A DNA stretch of 37,742 nucleotides from assembly GCA_038330765.1 (NCBI GenBank), contig JBBQOK010000001.1, forward strand, positions 1 through 37,742. Reading direction: 5' to 3'. A program made the position numbers and the translations under genes. Within the stretch, counting starts at the first letter, position 1, and each line of letters opens with the position of its first letter. Below are positions 9,101 through 18,214 of this stretch, piece by piece. This stretch comes from Caulobacterales bacterium. GTDB lineage: Bacteria; Pseudomonadota; Alphaproteobacteria; Caulobacterales; Caulobacteraceae. Under the pieces are notes generated by a model. It did no database searches, was not told the origin of the DNA, and was given only the letters and a program-made list of their open reading frames with translations.

Positions 9101-10315
9101 GTGAACGCCATCATTCCGAACCAGTACGCCATGCCTGACGCCGAGGGCCGTTTCGGCCCCTATGGCGGGCGGTTCGTGGCCGAGACCCTGATGCCGCTGG
9201 TTCACGAGTTGAATGCGGCCTACGAGGCAGCCAAGGCGGATCCGTCGTTCCAGGCCGAGCTGGACGGCTTCCTGACCGACTACGTCGGCCGGCCCAGCCC
9301 CATGTATCTGGCCGAGCGGCTGACCGCGCATTACGGGGCCGCCGACATCTGGTTCAAGCGCGACGAACTGAACCATACGGGCGCGCACAAGATCAACAAC
9401 TGCATGGGCCAGATCCTGCTGGCCATGCGGATGGGCAAGACGCGCATCATCGCCGAGACCGGAGCCGGCCAGCACGGCGTGGCGACGGCGACGGTGTGCG
9501 CCCGCTTCGGCCTGAAATGCATCGTCTACATGGGCGCGACCGATGTCGAGCGGCAGTCGCCCAACGTCTTCCGCATGAAGCTGCTGGGGGCCGAGGTCGT
9601 GCCGGTGACCGCGGGGCGGGCGACGCTCAAGGACGCCATGAACGAGGCGATGCGTGACTGGGTCACCAATGTCGAGGACACCTATTATCTGATCGGCACG
9701 GCGGCGGGGCCGCACCCCTATCCGGCCATGGTGCGCGATTTCCAGTCGGTGATCGGCAAGGAGACGCGGGCGGCGATGCTGGCGCGGCGCGGCAAGCTGC
9801 CAGACGCCTGCGTGGCGGCGATCGGCGGTGGCTCGAACGCCATCGGCCTGTTCCATCCCTTCATCGAGGACGCCGGTGTGCGGCTGATCGGGGTCGAGGC
9901 GGCCGGGCGCGGGCTGGACGGCCCGGACCACGCGGCCTCGCTGCAGGGCGGGCGGCCCGGCGTGCTGCACGGCAACCGGACCTATCTGTTGCAGGACGAC
10001 GACGGGCAGATCCTCGAAGGCCATTCGATCTCGGCCGGGCTCGACTATCCGGGCATCGGACCCGAGCACGCCTGGCTGAAGGATATCGGCCGCGCCGAAT
10101 ATCGCGCCGCCACCGACGTTGACGCGCTGGAGGCCTTCCAGCTGTGCTCGAAGCTGGAGGGGATTATCCCCGCGCTGGAGCCCAGCCACGCACTCGCCCG
10201 GGTGGGCGAAATCGCGAAGGAAGTGGGCAAGGGCGGCGATGTCGTGTTGAATATGTGCGGGCGGGGCGACAAGGACATCTTCGCCGTGGCGAAGCATCTG
10301 GGCGTGGAGCTCTAG
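9101..10315 (+). CDS. trpB: Tryptophan synthase beta chain
   Basis: [27 protein letters not shown] (PLP Lys), [34 protein letters not shown] start at 9101 (or 9086). Confidence 0.98.
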   Translation: MNAIIPNQYAMPDAEGRFGPYGGRFVAETLMPLVHELNAAYEAAKADPSFQAELDGFLTDYVGRPSPMYLAERLTAHYGAADIWFKRDELNHTGAHKINNCMGQILLAMRMGKTRIIAETGAGQHGVATATVCARFGLKCIVYMGATDVERQSPNVFRMKLLGAEVVPVTAGRATLKDAMNEAMRDWVTNVEDTYYLIGTAAGPHPYPAMVRDFQSVIGKETRAAMLARRGKLPDACVAAIGGGSNAIGLFHPFIEDAGVRLIGVEAAGRGLDGPDHAASLQGGRPGVLHGNRTYLLQDDDGQILEGHSISAGLDYPGIGPEHAWLKDIGRAEYRAATDVDALEAFQLCSKLEGIIPALEPSHALARVGEIAKEVGKGGDVVLNMCGRGDKDIFAVAKHLGVEL

Positions 10316-10319
10316 GACC

Positions 10320-10748
10320 ATGAAATTCATCCTTCTGGCTGCTGCTGCGGCGCTTCTGGCCGGGCCGGCCATGGCCCAGACGACGCCGGCGGCGCCCGAG
10401 TCCCTGGTACTGCCCGGCGCGACGCCGGCGCCGGACTGCGGCAACCTGTACGGCCTCGCCGGCAAGGCCTTCTGCGTCAGCGCGCCCTTGGCCAGCATCG
10501 GCGGTCTGGCCGACGCCTATATCGCGGATTTGCAGGCGCGCGGCTGGCTTCCGGCCGGTGGCGACGAGAACAGGGTTGTGTTCGTGCGCCGCCGCGAGGG
10601 CGGCGGCTGCGACGGGCTGCAGATGCAGGCCTTCTACGACACGTCCCGCCCGGCGGCACCGGACGCGATCGGCTACCTCGGCTTCGGCCCGATCCCGGGC
10701 GACCTATGCGCGACGCTCCCTGCTCCGACGGCGGCTCCGCAACAGTGA
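10320..10748 (+). CDS. Small secreted protein of unknown function inside the trp operon
   Basis: Sec signal peptide (MKFILLAAAAALLAGPAMA), four Cys, GC3-rich codons. Starts 4 nt after the trpB stop, and its stop overlaps the trpA GTG. Confidence 0.8.
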   Translation: MKFILLAAAAALLAGPAMAQTTPAAPESLVLPGATPAPDCGNLYGLAGKAFCVSAPLASIGGLADAYIADLQARGWLPAGGDENRVVFVRRREGGGCDGLQMQAFYDTSRPAAPDAIGYLGFGPIPGDLCATLPAPTAAPQQ

Positions 10749-11575
10749 CCATAGCCCGTATCGACGCTCGTTTTGCCGCGCTGAAGGCCGAGGGCCGGGC
10801 CGGGTTTGTGGCCTATGTCATGGCTGGTGACCCGACGCGCGATCAGGCGCTGGAGATCCTGCGCGGCCTGCCGGCGGCGGGGGCCGACATCATCGAGTTG
10901 GGCTTCCCCTTCTCCGACCCTATGGCCGAGGGGCCGCCGATCCAGCGCGCGGCTCTGCGCGGACTGAAGGCCGGACTGACGCTGAAGGGCACGCTGGCGC
11001 TGGCCGCCGCCTTCCGGGAGGGCGACGCCGACACGCCATTGATCCTGATGGGCTACCTCAATCCGATCGAGACCTACGGCTATGAGGCGTTCGCGCGCGA
11101 CGCGGCTGTCTCGGGCGTCGATGGTCTGATCGTGGTCGACTGCCCGCCGGAAGAGGCCGGGCCGCTGTCGGATACGCTGGACGCGGCGCAGGTGTCGCTG
11201 ATCCGGCTGGCCACGCCGACGTCGGACGACGCCCGACTGAAGATCATCGCCGAGCGGACCTCGGGCTTCATCTATTACGTCTCGGTGGCGGGGGTGACGG
11301 GGGTCAAGGAGGCGCAGGCCGTGTCGGTCGCGCCGGCTGTCGAGCGGGTGCGCAAGGCCTCGGGTCTGCCGGTCGCGGTCGGTTTCGGGGTCAAGACGCC
11401 GGAGCGCGCGGCAGAGATCGCCCGTGTGGCCGATGCCGTGGTGGCTGGGTCGGTGCTGGTCGACGAGGTCGCGGCCGCGCTGCAGGCGAACGAATCGGCT
11501 GCACCCCGCGTTCTGGCCAGGGTGAAGGCGCTTGCGGACGCGGTCCGGGGTGCGCGGGTCAAGGAAACGGTCTAA
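10745..11575 (+). CDS. trpA: Tryptophan synthase alpha chain
   Basis: YVMAGDP, IELGFPFSDPMAEGPPIQ, MGYLNPI, YYVSVAGVTG, VGFG. GTG start at 10745 (GTGA overlap). Confidence 0.97.
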   Translation: MTIARIDARFAALKAEGRAGFVAYVMAGDPTRDQALEILRGLPAAGADIIELGFPFSDPMAEGPPIQRAALRGLKAGLTLKGTLALAAAFREGDADTPLILMGYLNPIETYGYEAFARDAAVSGVDGLIVVDCPPEEAGPLSDTLDAAQVSLIRLATPTSDDARLKIIAERTSGFIYYVSVAGVTGVKEAQAVSVAPAVERVRKASGLPVAVGFGVKTPERAAEIARVADAVVAGSVLVDEVAAALQANESAAPRVLARVKALADAVRGARVKETV

Positions 11576-11584
11576 AGCGCGACC

Positions 11585-12493
11585 ATGGCTGACAAGACTC
11601 CCCCCAAACCCCAGGAAAAACCCCAGGAACGGCGGGGGGGCTGGCTGTCGCGCTTCGCGCCCGGCGTCCGCAAGATCGTCAGCCGGCGCGACACGCCCGA
11701 CAATCTGTGGGTCAAGGATCCCGACTCCGGCGAGATGCTGTACCGCTCCGACCTCGAAGGGTCGCTGTGGGTCACGCCGTCGGGCCGGCACATGCGCATC
11801 GACGCGCCGACGCGGCTGCGTTTTACCTTTGACGACGGTGCCTTCGAGACCATCGACACGCCCGAGGTGCCCGAGGACCCGCTGAAATTCTCGGACGGCA
11901 AACCCTACAAGGAGCGCCTCGCCGCCGCGCGCAAGGCGTCGGGCCGCAGGGACACCATGGCCATCGGCTTCGGTGAACTGGACGGCACGCCGGTGGTGGT
12001 GATCGTGCAGGACTTCACCTTCATGGGCGGCTCGCTGGGCATGGCCGCGGGCGAGGCCTTCATCGCCGCCGCCCGGGCCGCGATCGAACGGCGTGTGCCC
12101 CTGGTGTGTTTCACTGCGGCGGGCGGGGCGCGGATGCAGGAGGGCGCGCTCAGCCTGATGCAGATGGCGCGCACGACCTTGGCCATCCAGGAGTTGAAGG
12201 CCGCGCAACTGCCGTTCGTGGTGGTGCTGACCGACCCGACCACCGGCGGGGTCACCGCCAGCTACGCCATGCTGGGCGACGTCCATCTGGCCGAGCCGGG
12301 TGCCCTGATCGGTTTCGCCGGACCGCGCGTGATCGAGGCCACCATCCGCGAGAAGCTGCCGCCCGGTTTCCAGCGGGCCGAATACCTGCAGGAGAAGGGC
12401 ATGGTCGACAAGGTCGTACCCCGCGCCGAACTGCCGGAGACCCTCGGCCGGATTCTGTCGATGCTGATGGATGGCAAGCGCCGGGCGGCCTAA
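11585..12493 (+). CDS. accD: Acetyl-CoA carboxylase carboxyltransferase beta subunit
   Basis: DPLKFSD, DFTFMGGSLG, GGARMQEG..SLMQM, PTTGGVTASYAMLGD, IGFAGPRVIE, FQRAEYL. Conserved position after trpA. Confidence 0.97.
   Translation: MADKTPPKPQEKPQERRGGWLSRFAPGVRKIVSRRDTPDNLWVKDPDSGEMLYRSDLEGSLWVTPSGRHMRIDAPTRLRFTFDDGAFETIDTPEVPEDPLKFSDGKPYKERLAAARKASGRRDTMAIGFGELDGTPVVVIVQDFTFMGGSLGMAAGEAFIAAARAAIERRVPLVCFTAAGGARMQEGALSLMQMARTTLAIQELKAAQLPFVVVLTDPTTGGVTASYAMLGDVHLAEPGALIGFAGPRVIEATIREKLPPGFQRAEYLQEKGMVDKVVPRAELPETLGRILSMLMDGKRRAA
11606..11629 (+). repeat. 12-bp in-frame tandem duplication in the accD 5' end (KPQE x2)
   Basis: AAACCCCAGGAA repeated twice exactly. Confidence 0.85.
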
Positions 12494-12921
12494 GGCCGGA
12501 TTTCGCTCTGGCGCTTTCGGGCGAACGGCCAGTCGATCGCCTCGCTCGCCCACAGGACCCACCAGACGATGAACGGCTGCAGCAACAGCCGGGGGCCGTG
12601 ATACCACCAGCCGGACAGGGCGTCGGGTCGGCCGAGATTATACATCGCATGCTGGATGTTGGCCGGGAAAACGACCACTGCGTAGAGCGCAAGCCCTATA
12701 CCGGCCGAGCGTCTCAGGCGTGGGACCATAAACCCGGCCGCCCCGGCCAGCTCCGCAAGGCCGGTCAGGGTCACGACATATCCCGTAAACGGGACCCATG
12801 AAGGCGTGATGGCGATGAAGGGCTCCGGCAGGGTGAGATGCAGAACGCCGGCCACGAGATAGATCACAGCAAGCACGGTCCTGGCCGTCCCTCTCACTGT
12901 GATGTGCTTGCGCTTGCCCAT
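12490..12921 (-). CDS. DoxX-family membrane protein
   Basis: From ATG 12921: four hydrophobic segments, AGVLHL, TGLAELAGAAG, VFPANI, PRLLLQP. Confidence 0.85.
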   Translation of the reverse strand: MGKRKHITVRGTARTVLAVIYLVAGVLHLTLPEPFIAITPSWVPFTGYVVTLTGLAELAGAAGFMVPRLRRSAGIGLALYAVVVFPANIQHAMYNLGRPDALSGWWYHGPRLLLQPFIVWWVLWASEAIDWPFARKRQSEIRP

Positions 12922-12980
12922 GCGGTCACCGATAGCATCACCATGGACGAACGGACGCCGCTTTCGCTGGTCAGAACCCG

Positions 12981-14270
12981 ATGATGGATCAGATCTCCGA
13001 ACGCCTGCGTGCCCGGCATCCGCAGCGCATCGACCTGTCGCTTGAGCGGATGCGCGCCCTGTGCGCCGCCTTGGGCGATCCGCAGCACCGGCTGCCACCG
13101 GTGGTCCATGTCGCGGGCACCAACGGCAAGGGCTCGACCGTCGCCTTCATCCGCGCCATCGCCGAGGCGGCCGGGCTGAGGGTGCACGCGTACACCTCGC
13201 CGCATCTGGTCCGGTTCAACGAGCGCATCCGGCTGGCGGGCGCGCTGATCGAGGACGAGGCGCTGAACGCCATCCTCGACCGGGTCGAGGCCGCGATAGA
13301 CGCCTGCGGCCTGGAGGCGACGGTGTTTGAGAGCACGACGGCGGCGGCCTTCGTGGCGATGAGCGAGGCACCCGCCGATCTGGCCATCGTCGAGGTTGGT
13401 CTCGGTGGCCTGCTGGATGCCACCAACGTCATCGAACGCCCGCTGCTGAGCGTGATCGCGCCGGTCGATCTGGATCACGCCGAATTTCTGGGAACCAGCC
13501 TGCGCGGGGTGGCGGTCGAGAAGGCGGGAATTCTCAAACCCGGGGCCCGGGGCCTGATTGCGCGCCAGTCTGAAGAGTCGATGGCGGCCATCGAGGCCGC
13601 CGCGGGGGCCGTGCATGCGCCGCTGACGGTCATGGGTGTGGATTTCGACGCCTGGGCCGAGCGGGGCGGGATGGCCTATCAGGATCGGGACCGGTTCCTC
13701 GATCTGCCGGCTCCCGCGCTGGCGGGTCCGCATCAGGTCGCCAATGCGGGGCTGGCCGTGGCCGTCGCGCTGGAACTCGACCTGCCGGAGAACGCCATCG
13801 CCAACGGCCTGCGGACGACGCGCTGGCCGGCGCGGATGCAGCGGTTGACGGCGGGGCGCTATGCCGAGGCCGCGCGGGCTGCGGATGCGGAACTGTGGCT
13901 GGACGGCGGGCACAATCCGCATGCGGGAATGGCCTTGGCGAAGACGCTGGCGGAACGGCAGGCCAAGGTGCCCCGGCCGCTGGCCCTGATCGTCGGCATG
14001 CTGGCCAACAAGGACGCCGGGGGCTTCTTCGAGGCGCTGAAAAACTCAGGTGCGACCGTCTTCACCACGCCGTTCGACGGCGCGGCGGCCGAGCCGGAGG
14101 CGCTGGCGGCGGTGGCCCGGGGGCACGGACTGGGCGCGACGGCCTGCGCCTCGGCGGAAGAGGCGCTGGAGCGGGCGCTGCGTCTTGGTGCGGGCCGGGT
14201 GGTCGTCTGCGGCTCGCTCTACCTCGCGGGCGAGGTGCTGGGCGCGAGCCGCGAAACGTGGCCGGACTAG
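12981..14270 (+). CDS. folC: Bifunctional folylpolyglutamate synthase/dihydrofolate synthase
   Basis: HVAGTNGKGST, YTSPHLVRFNERI, EVGLGGLLDATN, DLDH.EFLG, EKAGI, WPARMQ, LDGGHNP, CGSLYLAG. Confidence 0.97.
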   Translation: MMDQISERLRARHPQRIDLSLERMRALCAALGDPQHRLPPVVHVAGTNGKGSTVAFIRAIAEAAGLRVHAYTSPHLVRFNERIRLAGALIEDEALNAILDRVEAAIDACGLEATVFESTTAAAFVAMSEAPADLAIVEVGLGGLLDATNVIERPLLSVIAPVDLDHAEFLGTSLRGVAVEKAGILKPGARGLIARQSEESMAAIEAAAGAVHAPLTVMGVDFDAWAERGGMAYQDRDRFLDLPAPALAGPHQVANAGLAVAVALELDLPENAIANGLRTTRWPARMQRLTAGRYAEAARAADAELWLDGGHNPHAGMALAKTLAERQAKVPRPLALIVGMLANKDAGGFFEALKNSGATVFTTPFDGAAAEPEALAAVARGHGLGATACASAEEALERALRLGAGRVVVCGSLYLAGEVLGASRETWPD

Positions 14271-14271
14271 A

Positions 14272-14604
14272 TCAGGCGGCCGAGATGCCGGCCTCGGCCA
14301 GCCATTCGATGATCTTGCCCTTGGGCATGGCACCGACCTTCATCGACGCCATCTGGCCGTCCTTGAACAGCATCAGGGTCGGGATGCCCTTAACGCCGAG
14401 GCGCGAGGGGACCATGGGGCTGTCGTCGATATTGACCTTGGCGATGGTCACCCGACCCGCCAGTTCATCGGCGATCTGTTCCAGCGCCGGGCCGATCTGC
14501 TTGCAGGGGCCGCACCACTCTGCCCAGAAGTCCACCAGCACGGGGGTGGATGATTTCAGGACGTCGGCGTCGAAGCTGTCGTCGGTGACCTTGACGGTGG
14601 CCAT
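14272..14604 (-). CDS. trxA: Thioredoxin
   Basis: [12 protein letters not shown] active site, IPTL, 110 aa, AAGGAG RBS. Confidence 0.97.
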   Translation of the reverse strand: MATVKVTDDSFDADVLKSSTPVLVDFWAEWCGPCKQIGPALEQIADELAGRVTIAKVNIDDSPMVPSRLGVKGIPTLMLFKDGQMASMKVGAMPKGKIIEWLAEAGISAA

Positions 14605-14698
14605 TGGGGAGTCTCCTTGCGGTCCCGGGCGCAGCGACCGGGCGCGTCTTTGAAATTATGACCGTGCACCTTGAAGTGATTCCGGCGCGTTGGGACTC

Positions 14699-14727
14699 AT
14701 GTGGGTTCGGCCGGGCGTCAAATCAAC
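14699..14727 (-). promoter_or_regulatory. Candidate RpoH (sigma32)-type promoter for trxA
   Basis: Minus strand GTTGAT-N16-CCCACAT resembles the alphaproteobacterial RpoH consensus (CTTGAA-N15/16-CCTATAT-like). It overlaps the addA stop codon. Confidence 0.45.
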
Positions 14728-17700
14728 GCTCCTGGAGCACCAGCGCCGCGCCGATCATCGCGTCCGGCACCGGCATCAGCGCCGGTCCGTCCGTCCAGAC
14801 CAGCGCCGCCTCGACCCGTCGCCGCGGATAGAGCTGTCTCAGAATGGAGACATAGACGGACAGCTGCAGCACATAGGCTGGATCGGCGTCCTCGATACGG
14901 TCCGGGGCCGGCCGGTTGGTCTTGTAGTCGACCACCAGAACCAGCTCCGGCGTGACTACCAGTCGGTCCATCCGGCCTGACACGGCCCGCCCGCCGACCT
15001 GACCAGTGATCGCGACCTCGGGTCTCGAACCCTCGCCGAACACGGGGGCGAACCGCTCATCATCGAGGATGGCGAAGGCCGCGGCGATCATCTCGCCACG
15101 CTGGGCGTCGTCGACATCCGGCTCACGGGCCAGCAGCCGGCGGGCAACGTCCGGTCGTTCGGAGACTGCGATGTCGGGCAGGCGCTCCAGCAGCCGGTGG
15201 ATCAGATCGCCGCGCCGGAATCGGCCGAGGGTTCCGCCCGGACCGGACCGCGCCAGCGGCGAGGGCACGGGCAAGGCCTCCGCGGACCCCAGCCGCGAGG
15301 GCGACAGGACCGTTTCCGCCGCCTCGTCGTCCGCGGCCGCGCCGAGCCAGTCCGGCGTCACCACACCTGCATCCTCGACCGGCGTGATGCGTGGCCGGGC
15401 GACCGGATCGGCTCCGTAGCGCCGGACGACGCCATGCGGTCCGTCGAGGGTCCGGACGTCGCCGCCCAGCCCTTCAATGGCTTCGGCCAGTGGGCCCCAC
15501 CAGGCGCGAATGTTCTCCAGCTTCCGGTTGGCGGCGAACCGCCCGCCGATGATCAGCCGGTCGCGCGCTCGGGTCAGGCCGACGTAGAGCAGCCGCAGGG
15601 ACTCTTCCTCGTTGCGTCGCTTTCGGGCCTCGCGCGCCGTCGCCGAAGCCTCGCAGTCGGCCTTGGCCGACCCGCACCACAGGAAGCCGCCCTCCGCGGT
15701 CTCAAGCAGGGCGTCGCCCTTGGGCTCCTCGAAGATGGTGTCGGGCAGGATGACGATCGGTGCCTCCAGCCCCTTGGCCGAGTGGGTGGTCATCACCCGC
15801 ACCTCGCCGCGCGGCTCGTCCATCTCGCGTTTCACGGTCTGGGTCAGGGTCGACAGGCCGTGGCAGAACCGTTCGAGGTCCAGCACGCCCCGCATCTCCG
15901 CCGCCTGGGCCTGGTCGAGGAAGGCATCGATGGCGTCGCCCGCCTCGGCCCCCAGCCGGGTCAGGAAGCGCTGGCGCACCGTCAGGCCGCGGGCATCGAG
16001 CCGGTTCAGCAGGCCGGCGTAGAGGTCGAAGGGCGTCCGATCGCGGGAGGCCGCACGGAATCCCGCCACCAGCTCGACCGCCTCACGCGCGGCCGGATCG
16101 GTCCCGGCCCTTTCCCGCAACGCCTGCCACAGCGCGCCCGAACGGCCGCGGGCGATCGCATAGAGGTCATCTTCCGACAGATCGCAAAGGGGGCTGCGCA
16201 ACACCCCCGCCAGGGTCAGGTCATCGTTCGGGAACAGGGCCGCGCGACCCAGAGCCATCAGGTCCTGGAACACGGCATGCTCGGACAGCTTCAGCCGGTC
16301 GGCGCCCGCTACCGGCACCCCGCCCTGTTTCAGGGCGCGCAGGATCTCCTCGAACATCGGGCCGCGCTTCTTGACCAGGATCAGCACATCGCCCCAGTCC
16401 GCCGCGCGCCAGATCTTGCCGGCCTTGTCATGGACGCCCTCGGCACCAGCGACGAGGGCGCGGACCTCGGCGACGATGCGGTCCGCCACCCGACGGCGGG
16501 CACCTCGGGTGACGTCGGCGTCCATCGGCTCGTCCCAGGCGCGCCGCTCTTCGGCCGCGTCCTCCTTTTCGGCCTCCCAGATGTCGATCGTGCCGGGGCC
16601 GTCCTGTCGCGCCGCCCGGTGTTCGATTCGCGCATCGACCCGGTCATCGATCAGCCCCCGGCCCGGGCTCAGGGCCTGCGCCCGTTCGACGTCGAAGAAG
16701 ACCCGGTCGACGAAGGCCAGCACTTCGGGCGTGGACCGCCAGGACTGCAGCAACTGGACGTCCTCGAAGCGCCTACCCACGCCCTCGATCAGCCGTCGGT
16801 AGCTCTGGCTCTCGAACAGCAGACGCTCGGGCGCGGCACCCTGGAAAGAGAAGATCGACTGTTTCTCGTCGCCGACCACGAACAGGGTGCGTTCGATGGC
16901 GCTCTCGCGTGACCCGGCTCCGCGGAAGAACTCGTCGGTCAGGGCGCGCACGATACCCCATTGCTCGGGCGACGTGTCCTGCGCCTCATCGACGAGGATG
17001 TGGTCGACGCCGCCGTCCAGCTTGAACAGGACCCAGGCCGCGCCGGTCTCCTGATCTGTCAGCAGTTTCAGCGCCGCGCTGATCAGGTCGGCGAAGTCCA
17101 GGGCGCCACGCGCCGCCTTGGCCGCCTCGTATTCCGATGCATAGGCCCCGGCCAGCGTCAGGGCGTAGAGGGTGTCCCACCCGACGCGGCAGGCGCGGGC
17201 GCGGGTCACCGCCTCGAGCAGCCGTTCCTGTTCGCCGGCCAGCCACTCCACGGTCGCTGGATCGACAGCCTTTGTCGCCAACCGCGCGCGCGGACCGCCG
17301 TCGCCGTTGTCGGTGAAGAACAGGGCCTTGACCGCCTGAACGGGCACTTCGCCCGCTCGCACCGCCTCGCCGACGGCCTGCAGCTTCAGCCCCGTCGGCT
17401 GGTCGCTCCTGTCATTGCCCCGGGCCAGTCCGGCCGCCGCCGCGAACCAGCCGGCCACGTCCAGCGGAGGCGAACTCACGGCCGCCCGCTCGATCTCCGT
17501 GGGGTCCTCGAGTGCCTCGACGCCGACCATGTCCGTGATCCGTCGGATCAGGGTCGCCGGGCCACCGTCGGCCGCCACCCAGGCCGCGATCGCCGCGCGC
17601 TTCTCCTCGAAGCGGACGAACATCGCCTCGAAGGCCTGGAAATCCAGCTTGCCGGCCATGGTCGCATAGGCCTCGGCCAGCCCCGGATCGCCCGCCAGCG

Positions 17701-18214
17701 ATCGCTCCGCCACCTTGTCGCGGGAACGGGACCGGATGGCCTCGGCTTCGACGTCGTCGACGACGCGGAACAGGGGCGACACCCCGGCCTCGATCGGGAA
17801 GCGCCGCAACAGCTGCTCGCAGAAGGCGTGGATGGTCTGGATCTTCAGCCCGCCGGGCGTCTCAAGCGCGTGGGCAAACAGGGTCCGCGCGCGCGACAGG
17901 GCGTCGGCGTCGTAGCCGGTCGGATCACGCTGCTCGAGCTTGCCCAGTTCCTCGCGCAGGTCCGCGTCGGCGGCGATGGCCCATTTGCCGAGCCGCTCGT
18001 AGAGGCGGCGCTGCATCTCGGCGGCGGCGGCCTTGGTGAAGGTCAGGCACAGCACAGCGTCGGGCCGCGATCCGCCCAGCAGAAGCCGGGCCACCCGTGA
18101 CACCAGGGTGGTTGTCTTGCCCGATCCGGCGTTGGCCATGACGAAGGCGTTGACGGACGGGTCGGCGGCCAGGGCTTGAGGATCGGGGGCTTGAGGATCG
18201 GGGGTCAGGGTCAC
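14723..18214 (-). CDS. addA: Double-strand break repair helicase/nuclease AddA
   Basis: ANAGSGKT (Walker A), LTFTKAAAAEM, IQTIHAFC, LVDEAQDT, VGDEKQSIFSFQGA, MTTHSAKGLE, LLYVGLTRA, C-terminal nuclease GRMDRL..VDYKT. GTG at 18214 overlaps the addB stop, with a GGAGG RBS. Confidence 0.96.
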   Translation of the reverse strand: MTLTPDPQAPDPQALAADPSVNAFVMANAGSGKTTTLVSRVARLLLGGSRPDAVLCLTFTKAAAAEMQRRLYERLGKWAIAADADLREELGKLEQRDPTGYDADALSRARTLFAHALETPGGLKIQTIHAFCEQLLRRFPIEAGVSPLFRVVDDVEAEAIRSRSRDKVAERSLAGDPGLAEAYATMAGKLDFQAFEAMFVRFEEKRAAIAAWVAADGGPATLIRRITDMVGVEALEDPTEIERAAVSSPPLDVAGWFAAAAGLARGNDRSDQPTGLKLQAVGEAVRAGEVPVQAVKALFFTDNGDGGPRARLATKAVDPATVEWLAGEQERLLEAVTRARACRVGWDTLYALTLAGAYASEYEAAKAARGALDFADLISAALKLLTDQETGAAWVLFKLDGGVDHILVDEAQDTSPEQWGIVRALTDEFFRGAGSRESAIERTLFVVGDEKQSIFSFQGAAPERLLFESQSYRRLIEGVGRRFEDVQLLQSWRSTPEVLAFVDRVFFDVERAQALSPGRGLIDDRVDARIEHRAARQDGPGTIDIWEAEKEDAAEERRAWDEPMDADVTRGARRRVADRIVAEVRALVAGAEGVHDKAGKIWRAADWGDVLILVKKRGPMFEEILRALKQGGVPVAGADRLKLSEHAVFQDLMALGRAALFPNDDLTLAGVLRSPLCDLSEDDLYAIARGRSGALWQALRERAGTDPAAREAVELVAGFRAASRDRTPFDLYAGLLNRLDARGLTVRQRFLTRLGAEAGDAIDAFLDQAQAAEMRGVLDLERFCHGLSTLTQTVKREMDEPRGEVRVMTTHSAKGLEAPIVILPDTIFEEPKGDALLETAEGGFLWCGSAKADCEASATAREARKRRNEEESLRLLYVGLTRARDRLIIGGRFAANRKLENIRAWWGPLAEAIEGLGGDVRTLDGPHGVVRRYGADPVARPRITPVEDAGVVTPDWLGAAADDEAAETVLSPSRLGSAEALPVPSPLARSGPGGTLGRFRRGDLIHRLLERLPDIAVSERPDVARRLLAREPDVDDAQRGEMIAAAFAILDDERFAPVFGEGSRPEVAITGQVGGRAVSGRMDRLVVTPELVLVVDYKTNRPAPDRIEDADPAYVLQLSVYVSILRQLYPRRRVEAALVWTDGPALMPVPDAMIGAALVLQER
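18172..18204 (-). repeat. 15-bp in-frame tandem duplication at the addA 5' end (PDPQA x2)
   Basis: GGGCTTGAGGATCGG repeated twice exactly, plus GGG (+ strand). Confidence 0.85.

Noticed and set aside
8276-10498. 740-aa minus-strand ORF (also 10673-12607)
   Set aside because: Antisense shadow of trpF/trpB/trpA/accD caused by high-GC codon bias. No recognisable motifs.
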